From a virus (Duplodnaviria > Caudoviricetes): a DNA stretch of 54,699 bases. The stretch is taken from IMG/VR virus record IMGVR_UViG_3300009124_000016, positions 1 through 54,699 of that record. The stretch is one strand, 5' to 3'. The notes under the pieces were generated by a model. The model was not told the origin of the DNA and ran no database searches. It was given only the letters and a program-made list of their open reading frames with translations. Each line of letters starts with the position of its first letter. Position 1 is the first letter of the stretch. Below, piece after piece: positions 1 to 10,200 of the stretch. The translations under genes and the position numbers were made by a program.

Positions 1-60
1 ATATTCATTTATAGTATTAATCGCAAGATCATCAAGAAAATCAAATGTGTAAATCATATC

Positions 61-987
61 TTATTGCTCAGGGTATTCTATAGATTCTGGATCGGGAATT
101 GGATTTGGTTTGACAAGTTCAGATTTGAGTTCTGGGAAGTAATCAAACATTTCTAATTCATTAATCAGCTCATATACTTGTTTTGAAACTATAATATCAG
201 ATTGAACCCAATTTTGTGCAAAAGTAGAAATGTTTTCAACATTGTTTGCAACAAAATCTGTAGACACTTTAAAATCTAACTTATCAAATTGATCTTCGGT
301 TGATAAGTATTCAACATCTCTATTAGGATACTTTTTGACGTAATTATTGGGATCAATAGGATATTTCATTAATGATATGTGTTTGAATGCATCATATGGT
401 GTATCAAAAGTTTCGTACTTTGGAAGTAGTCCTCTTAGTCTACGTCTCCATTCTATCCATTGTGCTCGTTCACCTTCATATTCTTCCTCAACATCAGGGA
501 GCATTCTCCAATCAGAATATAAAAGCATTGAAGAAATTTGTCTATAATATTTTAGATATTTTGCTTCAAAATAAAACTGTTGATCAAATAATTTTTTACT
601 TTCTGCTACCCAATTTGTTTTCTTCTCTTCTTTTGTTAAAGTAAAAACGCTAGCAAAAATATTTGCAGTTCTTTCTGCTTCATCTTCAGTTGCATCTCGG
701 AAAGCATAACTTTTCCAATAAGTATTGCCAGTGGAAGAATCAGTTCTCAATCTTCTTTTCTGACATACATATGATCCATCAGACCAATACTGAAAAAATT
801 CAAGTTCATCTACATCAGGATCATGCCAATCCTGTCCTAGTCCCGCAAGGATTATACCGTTCCAAACTTCATCGGTACACATACATGCGTGTTCAACTTC
901 TCGAATAATAATTTTTTCTTTGAAGTTTACTTCAATGACAACATGCTTTCGATGAGCATTTTCTCTTTTTAAACTATATTGCGACAT
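61..987 (-). CDS. Hypothetical protein with a tail-fibre assembly chaperone-like motif
   Basis: 308-aa ORF. LLYSDWRMLPD...WIEWRRRLRGLLP resembles the 'SDWTQLPD..W..YRQ.LRDLP' phage tail chaperone motif. Lies downstream of the fibre genes. Confidence 0.5.
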   Translation of the reverse strand: MSQYSLKRENAHRKHVVIEVNFKEKIIIREVEHACMCTDEVWNGIILAGLGQDWHDPDVDELEFFQYWSDGSYVCQKRRLRTDSSTGNTYWKSYAFRDATEDEAERTANIFASVFTLTKEEKKTNWVAESKKLFDQQFYFEAKYLKYYRQISSMLLYSDWRMLPDVEEEYEGERAQWIEWRRRLRGLLPKYETFDTPYDAFKHISLMKYPIDPNNYVKKYPNRDVEYLSTEDQFDKLDFKVSTDFVANNVENISTFAQNWVQSDIIVSKQVYELINELEMFDYFPELKSELVKPNPIPDPESIEYPEQ

Positions 988-999
988 TTCTTTTTATGC

Positions 1000-1650
1000 T
1001 TATGGGACTTGAAAATACCAACCTGTCAAAATATATTTATCCTGAGAGTAAACCGTAAGACCTCTATGTACATGGGTCATGCCTGCTGGCCAAATGACAA
1101 CTGTTCCTTGAGTGGGTCTAATTCTTCTTCTTTGATGTAAAAACTCTGTTTCTCCTTCACCTTCTGGCATATCATTTAGATAGACAATCCAAACAAGTTC
1201 TCTATCCTTACAATGAAAATCGCTAGATTCGTAATGCCAAATATGATACCCGCCTTCGGGTTCAGTTTTTTGCATCTTGATATCAGAAGAAAACATTTTA
1301 ACATTTCTCAGTTGAGAATACTTATCAATATAATGCATTATGGTTGCTTTTAAATATTGATTAAAGTTTGCTCCTAATGTAGTATCAGTATTGTTTAATA
1401 GAATAGAGAGATCATCTCTGCCAAGTTTAGCATTCTTGAACTGACCCTCTCCATCTATTGGTTGATGATATTGTTGATCTCTATCATTGTACATACAAGA
1501 GGTATTTACAATATCCTCAAAATGATTAATTGCTTTTTCACATAAAAACTTTGGGACAAATCCTTCCCACACTCCAATCCAATCCGTAAAATCACTTTGA
1601 GTGATTTTAGGATCTTTCATAAGTTCTAATGGTTTAATCGGCTGAAGCAT
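1000..1650 (-). CDS. 2OG-Fe(II) oxygenase (prolyl-hydroxylase-like)
   Basis: GGYHIWHYE, VYLND..EGETEF, HVHRG and KYILTGW motifs of the cyanophage 2OG-Fe(II) family. ATG at 1650. Confidence 0.9.
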   Translation of the reverse strand: MLQPIKPLELMKDPKITQSDFTDWIGVWEGFVPKFLCEKAINHFEDIVNTSCMYNDRDQQYHQPIDGEGQFKNAKLGRDDLSILLNNTDTTLGANFNQYLKATIMHYIDKYSQLRNVKMFSSDIKMQKTEPEGGYHIWHYESSDFHCKDRELVWIVYLNDMPEGEGETEFLHQRRRIRPTQGTVVIWPAGMTHVHRGLTVYSQDKYILTGWYFQVP

Positions 1651-1685
1651 CAAACAAACCTCAATTCAGTTACATTATACTATAT

Positions 1686-4600
1686 TTAGTACGCTTTGAT
1701 AAGGTACTTACACTTAAAGAATGGTTGAAGCAAAGGAATAGTTCTGTTTGGTTTCAAAGCAACACCAGGAAGGAGTGCTTTTTGTGCTGATAATGTAGCC
1801 AGTCCAGGAGAAATAGTTGTTCCTAGTTCAGTATGACTAAATGGAACATCTACCGTGTTGCCTCCACCCATACCTGTTGTCTTTGTTCCACCACCATTAA
1901 CATTACCCCATCCATAGACGTTCACAGGATCTCCAAAATCACTTAGAGACAAATAATGAGTATGTGTTAGCATTCCACCTTCTGGAGAATAAATTCTTCC
2001 TTGAGCAGTAGCTTGAATAACATCAATAGCACCAAGTTGGTTGCCACTGTTATTATCTAGTTGAAGACTATTTTCTATACTTGATGCCCAATAATTACTA
2101 TAAGTAACACTTCCTTCCCATGTGGCGGTACTCAAACCATTATCTAAAGTTGGTGCATTTGGAGCACCAGGCCATATAGTACTAATTTCGTTAGTTCCTT
2201 CGATAACAGCTGGCGATCCTACTGGTGGTGTTCCTCTGTGGTTCCATGGGATTAATCCAGATGTAACATTTAATCCAATACCAGTAAGAATTCCATGTGA
2301 ATGACCAGGAGGTTGAAGAACTGGTGAATCTAATGGTCCAACCGTAGCATTCATATTTCCAGCAACGTTGAAATTAGCAATTGCTGTTGAAGTGTCAAGT
2401 CCACTTGTATTGACAGTTCCAAGCGAGAAAAATTGTCCTGCAGTACCAGAAGTGCCAGTTCCTTCTACCTGTTCTAATGGTAAAGTTCCAGCAGCATCTA
2501 CAGTATCGATGTACCAATCACCACCAACAGATCCAACAGTATTAACTCCACCAGTTCCTATTCCCGCTGGTCCAACTCTAGTTGGAGCAGAAGGAGCAGA
2601 TCCCACATTTCCATCTACCTGACCACTTCCAAATAGTCTTCTATTTCTAAAATCGGGAAGAGTAAACGATCCAGAGTATGAATATGCATTTATGGTAGAA
2701 CTACCTTGACTAGTGGATGATAATGTTCTACTTCCACTTCCACCATAATCATTTCCAATAACATCAAATAAGTCTGGGTATTCATCTGCATCTAAAGAAT
2801 CGCCATTACATTCAATAAAACCAGGATATCTAGAAGTTAAACTGCCATCTAAAGTTCCCCAGTTTCCTTGAGGATCTTTAAAGATAGTAATGACACTGCC
2901 AATTGCAAGACCATCAAGTTTTTCTGTTTTTTGTGAATACCAAGTAGATACATCGTTGCTTGTAGGTGCCGATGCTAGCACAGATACATTCCACAATACA
3001 GAGACATTATCAATTGTTACTGCAATTTGAGCAATAGCACTTCCATATGATCCAGTCGTAAGTCGAAGTTGGAAATTATCTCCAGGATCAAAGTCAAATG
3101 GTGTGCTAGCTGGATTTGTTGCTAGATTTGTCCATACACCATTAAGTCTGATTTGTGCATTAGTAGCGCCACTAACAGTTTCTAGTCTAGCAAAACTACT
3201 AGCAGTTGCATTAAACCCAGTAGGAACAACGATATTACTATAAACTTGTGTATTTTCTAATTGATTTGTTCTTGCGGGTAGTGCAAATATATCTGGAGTT
3301 GTATCATTAGCATCAACAGCCGTAACTCTCCATTGACCAGATGTTTGACCAGTTGATACAGATCCAATAGTTACTGTTGCTGTTACTGCATTTCCTGCTA
3401 AACTTGGTGCAGTTGTTCTTAATGCTAAAGTATCTAGATTACTAATAGTAGTAGCAGCAGTAGAAAACAATCCACCATTAATACTATATGAAATGAGTGC
3501 ATTTGATGGAGACGTAGAAATTGTAAGTGCTGCTGGAACATTAATACCTTGAATTCTTTGAGTATTACTGGTCACTAGCGTACTAACTTGTCCAGTTGCA
3601 TCAATAAAATCAAATGGTGCTGGTGTTGTATCTTGAGAAGTAATAGTTGTTAATTGCCAATCTACTGCAGATCCAGCACCAACAGTAACACTGGCAGTTG
3701 TAGTTGTATTCAAAACAGTACCAGTGTCTGTAATTCTTAATGCTAATGTATCGCCATTGTTGATAGTTGATGAAACTACACCATTTACCAATACTTCTAC
3801 AGGTGTGCTTGCTCCACCTCTAGTTGCAGTTGCACTAACCGATGCTTGTTGTGTTAGACCACTAATAGTTACAGTATTACTTGTAACAGCCCTACTTAAT
3901 GGTCGCTCAGTAACATCAGTAAAATCAAATGCATTAGGTACATTACTTGGTGCATTGCCAGTAATAAGTTTAAATGTTGCTGTAACTTGTTGTCCAACAG
4001 GACCAACGGTCAATGTTGCAATAGTTTCAGCATTATATGAACTTGATGATATCATCCTAATACCAAGTGTATCTCCATTAATAACAGTTGTCGTAGCTCC
4101 TGTTAAAACTGTACCATTTTTAATGAGTAGAACACCATTAGTAACACCAGTTCCTCCAGTTACAGTTGCTGAAATTGTCTGATTGATACCAGTAATAGCT
4201 TGCTCGGTATCAGTATCATATGCAGTAGATCTATCTAGATTAGTTTGAGTACCGAAATTATTTAAATTGTTTGGTTGTTCGTCAATATCATCATATGCAA
4301 TGTATACTCCACCAGCTGATCCAGCTGTAGACTGTCCGCCACCAATTCCACCTTGAATTAGATCTGAGGGTCTTGAATTAGAAGCACTAGGAGCACTACT
4401 ATGAAAAGTTGTATTGTACCAAGAACCTCCGCCTGCACCTCCACCTGCGTCACTATCACTTGAAGGAGTAGATCCAGCAGAACCACCTGGGCGACCACCA
4501 CCGCCGCCTCCACCTGCTCCACCATCTCCACTATTATTACTGGCATTAGAACCATTCGCTACAGTTGTGGTTGTTCCAGACGTTAAAGTTGTTCCACCAC

Positions 4601-5081
4601 TTCCACCAAATTGAGAAGAAGATGGACCACTACCATCATTTCCTGCTCCACCAGCACCACCACCTGCTCCAGCAATAGCAATAATCTCACCATTTTGAAC
4701 TTGAAGATATGTAGCAGCACCACCGCCACCACCACCTCCAGAAGCGCCAGAGTTGCCAGCATTACCACCGCCACCACCTGTACCTGTAGTAGTTCCATTA
4801 GTTCCACCAGAACCACCAGGGGCACCACCTTGAGAACTAGCGCCTCCTCCACCGCCACCACCAACATAAATGCGAATAGTAGTACCTCCAGGATTACCAG
4901 GAACAGTAACACTTCCTATAAGGGCAGCACCACCACCCCCAGTAGCACCAGGAGATCCAGCATCAGATCCCGATCCACCGCCACCTGCACCCATGATGCT
5001 ATAGGAAAACTCGGTTACACCAGATGGCAACGTCACCGAATAAGATCCATTAGTATATTGTGAATATGTTGTGATTGCCAT
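1686..5081 (-). CDS. Tail fibre/virion protein: Gly-rich N-terminal domain, about 4 beta-rich repeats, tail collar domain
   Basis: GAGGGG-rich N-terminus, 'D..P..FDF.D....VTSNT..I.G' repeats, collar motif PGFIECNG..YPDLFDVIGNDYGG..FTLPD, C-terminal YLIKAY. Confidence 0.8.
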   Translation of the reverse strand: MAITTYSQYTNGSYSVTLPSGVTEFSYSIMGAGGGGSGSDAGSPGATGGGGAALIGSVTVPGNPGGTTIRIYVGGGGGGGASSQGGAPGGSGGTNGTTTGTGGGGGNAGNSGASGGGGGGGAATYLQVQNGEIIAIAGAGGGAGGAGNDGSGPSSSQFGGSGGTTLTSGTTTTVANGSNASNNSGDGGAGGGGGGGRPGGSAGSTPSSDSDAGGGAGGGSWYNTTFHSSAPSASNSRPSDLIQGGIGGGQSTAGSAGGVYIAYDDIDEQPNNLNNFGTQTNLDRSTAYDTDTEQAITGINQTISATVTGGTGVTNGVLLIKNGTVLTGATTTVINGDTLGIRMISSSSYNAETIATLTVGPVGQQVTATFKLITGNAPSNVPNAFDFTDVTERPLSRAVTSNTVTISGLTQQASVSATATRGGASTPVEVLVNGVVSSTINNGDTLALRITDTGTVLNTTTTASVTVGAGSAVDWQLTTITSQDTTPAPFDFIDATGQVSTLVTSNTQRIQGINVPAALTISTSPSNALISYSINGGLFSTAATTISNLDTLALRTTAPSLAGNAVTATVTIGSVSTGQTSGQWRVTAVDANDTTPDIFALPARTNQLENTQVYSNIVVPTGFNATASSFARLETVSGATNAQIRLNGVWTNLATNPASTPFDFDPGDNFQLRLTTGSYGSAIAQIAVTIDNVSVLWNVSVLASAPTSNDVSTWYSQKTEKLDGLAIGSVITIFKDPQGNWGTLDGSLTSRYPGFIECNGDSLDADEYPDLFDVIGNDYGGSGSRTLSSTSQGSSTINAYSYSGSFTLPDFRNRRLFGSGQVDGNVGSAPSAPTRVGPAGIGTGGVNTVGSVGGDWYIDTVDAAGTLPLEQVEGTGTSGTAGQFFSLGTVNTSGLDTSTAIANFNVAGNMNATVGPLDSPVLQPPGHSHGILTGIGLNVTSGLIPWNHRGTPPVGSPAVIEGTNEISTIWPGAPNAPTLDNGLSTATWEGSVTYSNYWASSIENSLQLDNNSGNQLGAIDVIQATAQGRIYSPEGGMLTHTHYLSLSDFGDPVNVYGWGNVNGGGTKTTGMGGGNTVDVPFSHTELGTTISPGLATLSAQKALLPGVALKPNRTIPLLQPFFKCKYLIKAY

Positions 5082-5084
5082 TTT

Positions 5085-5963
5085 TTAAAACTTGATGATG
5101 TATTCTACAATAATGTATGGTTGTATTGTTGAATCAAATGTCGTTACAGGTTGTGTAGTAATATTTACTGTTGTTCTAACATTTGTTGTTGGAATACTTA
5201 TTTGATTTAATGTATACTCAAAATTGTGACTATAGTCTGACGTTGAAGTTGGAGCATCAATTCTATGTACATGTGAAGCAGATAAGGAACTAGTTCCCTC
5301 AGGTGTATTGAGAGTAGTTAATAAATTTCCACCATATGCCTTACAATTATTTCCAGCATGGGTGTTCTCACCTGATGTTGGACCAATAGCAGGAGAAACT
5401 AGATAATTACCAGTGCAATTAAGAACTTGTTGATTTGCTAAGTGTCCATGACCTTGAAAATGACTATCAACAATAAATCCCGTAAAGGTTTCTTCATCCA
5501 TTTTATAAAAAGGATTTCCCAAAACATCATCTGTTCTGGCATTAATTTTAAATTCTCCAGACCAACCTATAGTTGCACTAGTACCAACATTAGAAGTAAC
5601 ATCAAATTCTGCTCCAACACGTCTAGTAGTTCCATCAGAAAGAGTTGATTGGAGATATGTACCTGATGCTCTTCCAGGAATAATATATTTAGATCCAATA
5701 TCTGGAAGTTGAAATTCATCATCTTGTATTGTAGTGCGATCTTTGGCAAACTTACAATCCTGTCCAATTCCAAGAGTTTCCGCAAGTTCTGGAAAACGAT
5801 CTGCTTTAAAAATAGATCCATCACAACGAAGAAATCCAGCAGGAAGTTGTGTTCTGAATTCTCCTGAATTGGGATCATTACCTGATGGTAAAGTGTTGGT
5901 AAACACTTGGATGCTACCAACCATACCTCCAAATCTTGCTTTATTTACTGCGTAATTTGCCAT
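5085..5963 (-). CDS. Tail collar domain protein (short fibre/baseplate wedge-like)
   Basis: PAGFLRCDG..FPELAETLG..FQLPD collar motif, HxH motifs, C-terminal QPYIIVEYIIKF. Confidence 0.8.
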   Translation of the reverse strand: MANYAVNKARFGGMVGSIQVFTNTLPSGNDPNSGEFRTQLPAGFLRCDGSIFKADRFPELAETLGIGQDCKFAKDRTTIQDDEFQLPDIGSKYIIPGRASGTYLQSTLSDGTTRRVGAEFDVTSNVGTSATIGWSGEFKINARTDDVLGNPFYKMDEETFTGFIVDSHFQGHGHLANQQVLNCTGNYLVSPAIGPTSGENTHAGNNCKAYGGNLLTTLNTPEGTSSLSASHVHRIDAPTSTSDYSHNFEYTLNQISIPTTNVRTTVNITTQPVTTFDSTIQPYIIVEYIIKF

Positions 5964-7237
5964 TAATATGCTCGGATAACGTAAACTACAGTTAGTTTTG
6001 GTGTAGGAACCGTTACTGCAATATTTAGTGCCTGTGGTAAATTATCTGGAGATACTTGGGCTTGTACATCGTTAACAGTAATTAATCCAGGCATCCTCAT
6101 TGAGGTATTAGCACGATCTAACTCAACGTTAAACGATGAGTGATCGTGTGCATCAATTCTATCTTGTACACCCACTGGTGCAGCAGTTTTATTAAAACTG
6201 TTTCCAGAATGATTGAAAAACACTTCATATGGTCTGTGTCTATCAAAATTATTTCCATCACCAGTGTTTAAATCACCATCATCATAATTGACATGTTCAG
6301 TATCAATAGTAGTGCCACCAATACCATATGGTGCTGTATCTCCAGTATTAAATCTTCTAGTATGTACTGGCGAATTGCTCGGTGATCTGAATGGATCAGG
6401 TGGTTCAGGATCATCCATAGATCCAAACCAGTTTGAAATACCATGTGATGCAGTTTCTATGGGTTTTAAGTTTGGTCCTGGTTGTTCTGCGTTAAAGTTT
6501 GCAAGAATAATACCATCACTTCCATTTCCAAAACCACCTGAAGCAGATGGCAACTGTTGCTCAACAGCAATTTGAGCTTCGTCATTAAAATCATCAGCAG
6601 CACCTTTTTTAAAATTATATGTAACTTCTCTAGAACAAGAAGCTCCACTGCCAGGTTTAGCAGTATCATTACCAAGGATCGTTGGAACTTCTGTAGGATG
6701 GGCGTGAATAGGAATATGTCTCCTACCTAATTTTCTTGGTGCAGTATATACTGTTTTAAGTCCAAATCCAGCATTGAGGGTCATTCCATCAATTCCAGCA
6801 CTAAAATCATTCTGAGGAGTATAGTCGAAAAGAATATCAGTATATGCGTCACTAACAAAATTTGTTCCATTGCCAATATCTGTACCAATATAAATTCCTA
6901 CAGCAGATAGTGCTTCTGATGTATCAATATTGGCATCAATAGCGCCACTACCAAAATAAGAACTATCAATATCTGCTAATGCTCTTTGATCAACCTGAGG
7001 GAGAGTAAACGTTGTATTAGTATCATTTGACCAAGGAAAACTTGCTAAGGAAAAACCACTAGATCCTCCGTAAGTATCCCCAATAACTTGAGCTAAAAGA
7101 GGAAATTCCGAAGCTACTTGACTTGTTCCATCACAAATAATCCATCCAGGAGGAATATTTGTGAGGGATCCTGTCCATGGCATGATTGTGCCAACGGCAG
7201 CACCCCTCATAGTTTTTAAAGCACCGTAATTTGCCAT
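5963..7237 (-). CDS. Tail collar domain protein
   Basis: VGTIMPW..IPPGWIICDG..FPLLAQVIGDTYGG..FTLP collar motif, HAH/HDH motifs, C-terminal YVIRAY. Confidence 0.85.
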   Translation of the reverse strand: MANYGALKTMRGAAVGTIMPWTGSLTNIPPGWIICDGTSQVASEFPLLAQVIGDTYGGSSGFSLASFPWSNDTNTTFTLPQVDQRALADIDSSYFGSGAIDANIDTSEALSAVGIYIGTDIGNGTNFVSDAYTDILFDYTPQNDFSAGIDGMTLNAGFGLKTVYTAPRKLGRRHIPIHAHPTEVPTILGNDTAKPGSGASCSREVTYNFKKGAADDFNDEAQIAVEQQLPSASGGFGNGSDGIILANFNAEQPGPNLKPIETASHGISNWFGSMDDPEPPDPFRSPSNSPVHTRRFNTGDTAPYGIGGTTIDTEHVNYDDGDLNTGDGNNFDRHRPYEVFFNHSGNSFNKTAAPVGVQDRIDAHDHSSFNVELDRANTSMRMPGLITVNDVQAQVSPDNLPQALNIAVTVPTPKLTVVYVIRAY

Positions 7238-7238
7238 A

Positions 7239-10200
7239 TTAGATGTCGATCAACCACCAACCTTGTTGTGCAGAAGGAACATTAGATGCACTTCCATCAC
7301 TATTTAGTGGACCTGCATAGACTAATCCAAATGCAGCATGTGGTGTGGTGACAATTAGTTCGCCACCCAAGTGTGTAGTTCCCGTAACAGTAGTAGAAGA
7401 AATATTAGATACATCACCCTGTACTGACTGACCAGTTGCGGCACGAATAATAAGTTTAAGATCATACTTAAGAGTACCACCAAGGTCAACAAATCTAATC
7501 ATATCACCACTCTTTGGATCTTGTGGCAATCTTACATACAAATTACCAGTTGCATTGATGAAGTAATTGATATTTGATTGTACTTCATCACCCAATCCAG
7601 AGGAGAATGCATAGTAATCCCAACGTCTTTGTCCAGCAGGACCGAAGTATCTATCAACTTCACCAATCTTGATTGTGCCATTGTTAACAACGGCAAAGTT
7701 AACGTCTGAGGGGTTATTTTGTACAACAAAGTCTCCACCACGAACTTCAAGATCGCCAGCAAAGTGGTTAGTTCCAGTACCATTAGCAGCGAATTCGCCC
7801 GAAATAGTTAGATCACCAGTGTTATTAACGAATGCCAGGCTGGTTACCCAGTTAAAAGCAGAAGATGTACCAGTATTTTTCTGAATATATAGATCACCAT
7901 CTCTAATGCTAACATTGCCAGTAGCACCATTCATTCTAATTCTTGCATAATCAGAAGTGGTAGCATTTGCATCTTTACCACCAAGGAGTAGTCCTCCTTG
8001 ACCGAAGATCGCACCATTCTCACTCTTAACATAGAATGTTACATTATCAACACCTGCCTGACCATTGTTGACGACAAGTTCCTTACCAGCAGCAGTATCA
8101 CCATGGAGTGTGATAGTGTCATAAACATCAGCAGTACCTCTAATATAAGTATTACCAGTAGTAGATTCTACTTCAAATGCTAGAACTGGTGCTGTAGTTC
8201 CACCATCATTAACGCTTAGAGTTTGAATAGAAGTTAGAGAAGTAACACTGCCATCAACACGTACAAATTCACCACCATTCAATCTTAGATAATCATTTGG
8301 ATTAATAACTCCACCAAACTCTGCAGTCTGAAGTTGAGTGTCTCCTGCTGTCATAGCAACAGTTAGGAAACTCGCATCTTCGTTCTTAATAAGTTTGATG
8401 AGAGGTAGATTGTCTTGGTGAGATCTAGCGGTAGATCCATCAGCACCTCTCTCAACCTCAACACGAATACCAGCAAGATCTGTGGTATCTGTAAGATTGA
8501 TTAGAGAAACAACTCTTACGATTTCTTTGTCGTTGGCAATAGTTTCATCAAGTAAGATATAATCACCAATGCTAATTGTATTAGTAGCAATAGCACTATC
8601 AAATCTCAAGATTGTATCAGTAGCACTCATTGGAGCGTTACCGCCAGTATCAAGAGTTCTGCCAATTGCTACTGCTTGATACAAATCAACGTTGAAGTTT
8701 GCTGCATCACCAATTGCTTGAGCAGCAGCAGTAGTTCCAAATACACCTCTGGTAACGTCAAATCCACCAGAATTTAGACCACCACGGAGTAGAACATCAC
8801 CATCAAAGTCTGCTCTTGCGTTAACTTCAAGGGCGTTTCTTACTCGTGTAGTACCACCTCTAGATCCCATTGTAAGGGCAGAAGCAGTCATTGCGAAGTC
8901 AACAGTTGCAGGACCGCCACTAGCAGCAAGTAGTTCAAATGTGTTGTTCTGCGAGAACAATTTGCCGACGCCACCAGAAATACCAGATCCAACCTCAACG
9001 TCACCATCTAGTTGAACACCTCTGGTCTTAACTCTTGTCATAGAGCTACTTGCAGCAAATGCACCACCAATGGTGATATCACAACGATAAGAAGCATCGC
9101 TGTTAGCAACACTAGCAATATCTAAGGTTGCATTCTGACTATTTCTATGGAGACGGAAGATTGATGTTTCCGCTGCATCTCCAATAGTAATAGTTTGCTC
9201 ATCGTTAAAGTTACCGATGTTGATTGTTTGAGATCCATTGTTAGCGGTTCCATTAGCAATCTGTAGATCGGTTGCAGATTGTGCGAATGTTACTGTAGTT
9301 GGAGTGTTAAATAGACTTAGTGATGTGCTAGTGGTGCTTAGATCACCAACAAACAGGGCGAGAGAACCATTGATTGTAGTATCACCTTGTAGTAAGGTCT
9401 TACCAACAACATAGAGTTCTGCATCTGCAGCATCAAATGCTGTTTGGTTAGAGTTAATTGATACTCTACCAAGATTTCCAGTTCCACCCGATCTTGGTGT
9501 AGTAGCAACTCTTAGAACAGATAGGTTATCAAGATCGCTCTCGTCTCCACCAACATTTAGAGCATTATCAAGTTTGCTCTCGGTTTTGAGTTGTACACCA
9601 GGTGCGACTGTAATAGCAGTAGACTTACCAGAAATGTATGTATTACCCTCAACATCAAGAGTAGCAACAGGTTGTGTCTCTGTCTGTACAAATCCTGTCT
9701 GATAACCATCATCAGTTGCTCTTGCGAGAGTGTTAACACCCAATCTGTAAGCACCCCAAGTCTCAGTATTTGTTCTGAGAGTTTCAGCACCAACAATACC
9801 GAGTTCTTTCCACTTCGATTGAGAAACTTCTAGTGTACCACCAGAAGCAACCCAAGAATAAGTAGATCCGCTAGCAGGAGCAACAGTAGGTCTTACTCTA
9901 AAGCTATTTTGTGATCCAAGGTTTGAAGCAGATTCTACAGTCCAGTTACCATTTAGATTAGTAAAGGAAGTAAATCCACTAATTCTAACAATCTGACCAG
10001 CAGTTGTAATACCAATACTTGCATTAGTAATACCAACCGAAAGATTAAATGTAACGTAAGTTCCATCACTAGTTACTGTGTTGATATCAGCAGTAGCAGC
10101 AGTGGAATAGTAGTTAGCAAAGATCCAACCAATAGACCCAGAAAGACCAACTTCTTTACCCTTGAATAGAATATCACCAGCAGCAGGTTCTTGAGTAGAA

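Noticed and set aside
4320-5000. CCA/CCG-rich low-complexity repeats
   Set aside because: Explained by polyglycine codons of the fibre protein on the minus strand.
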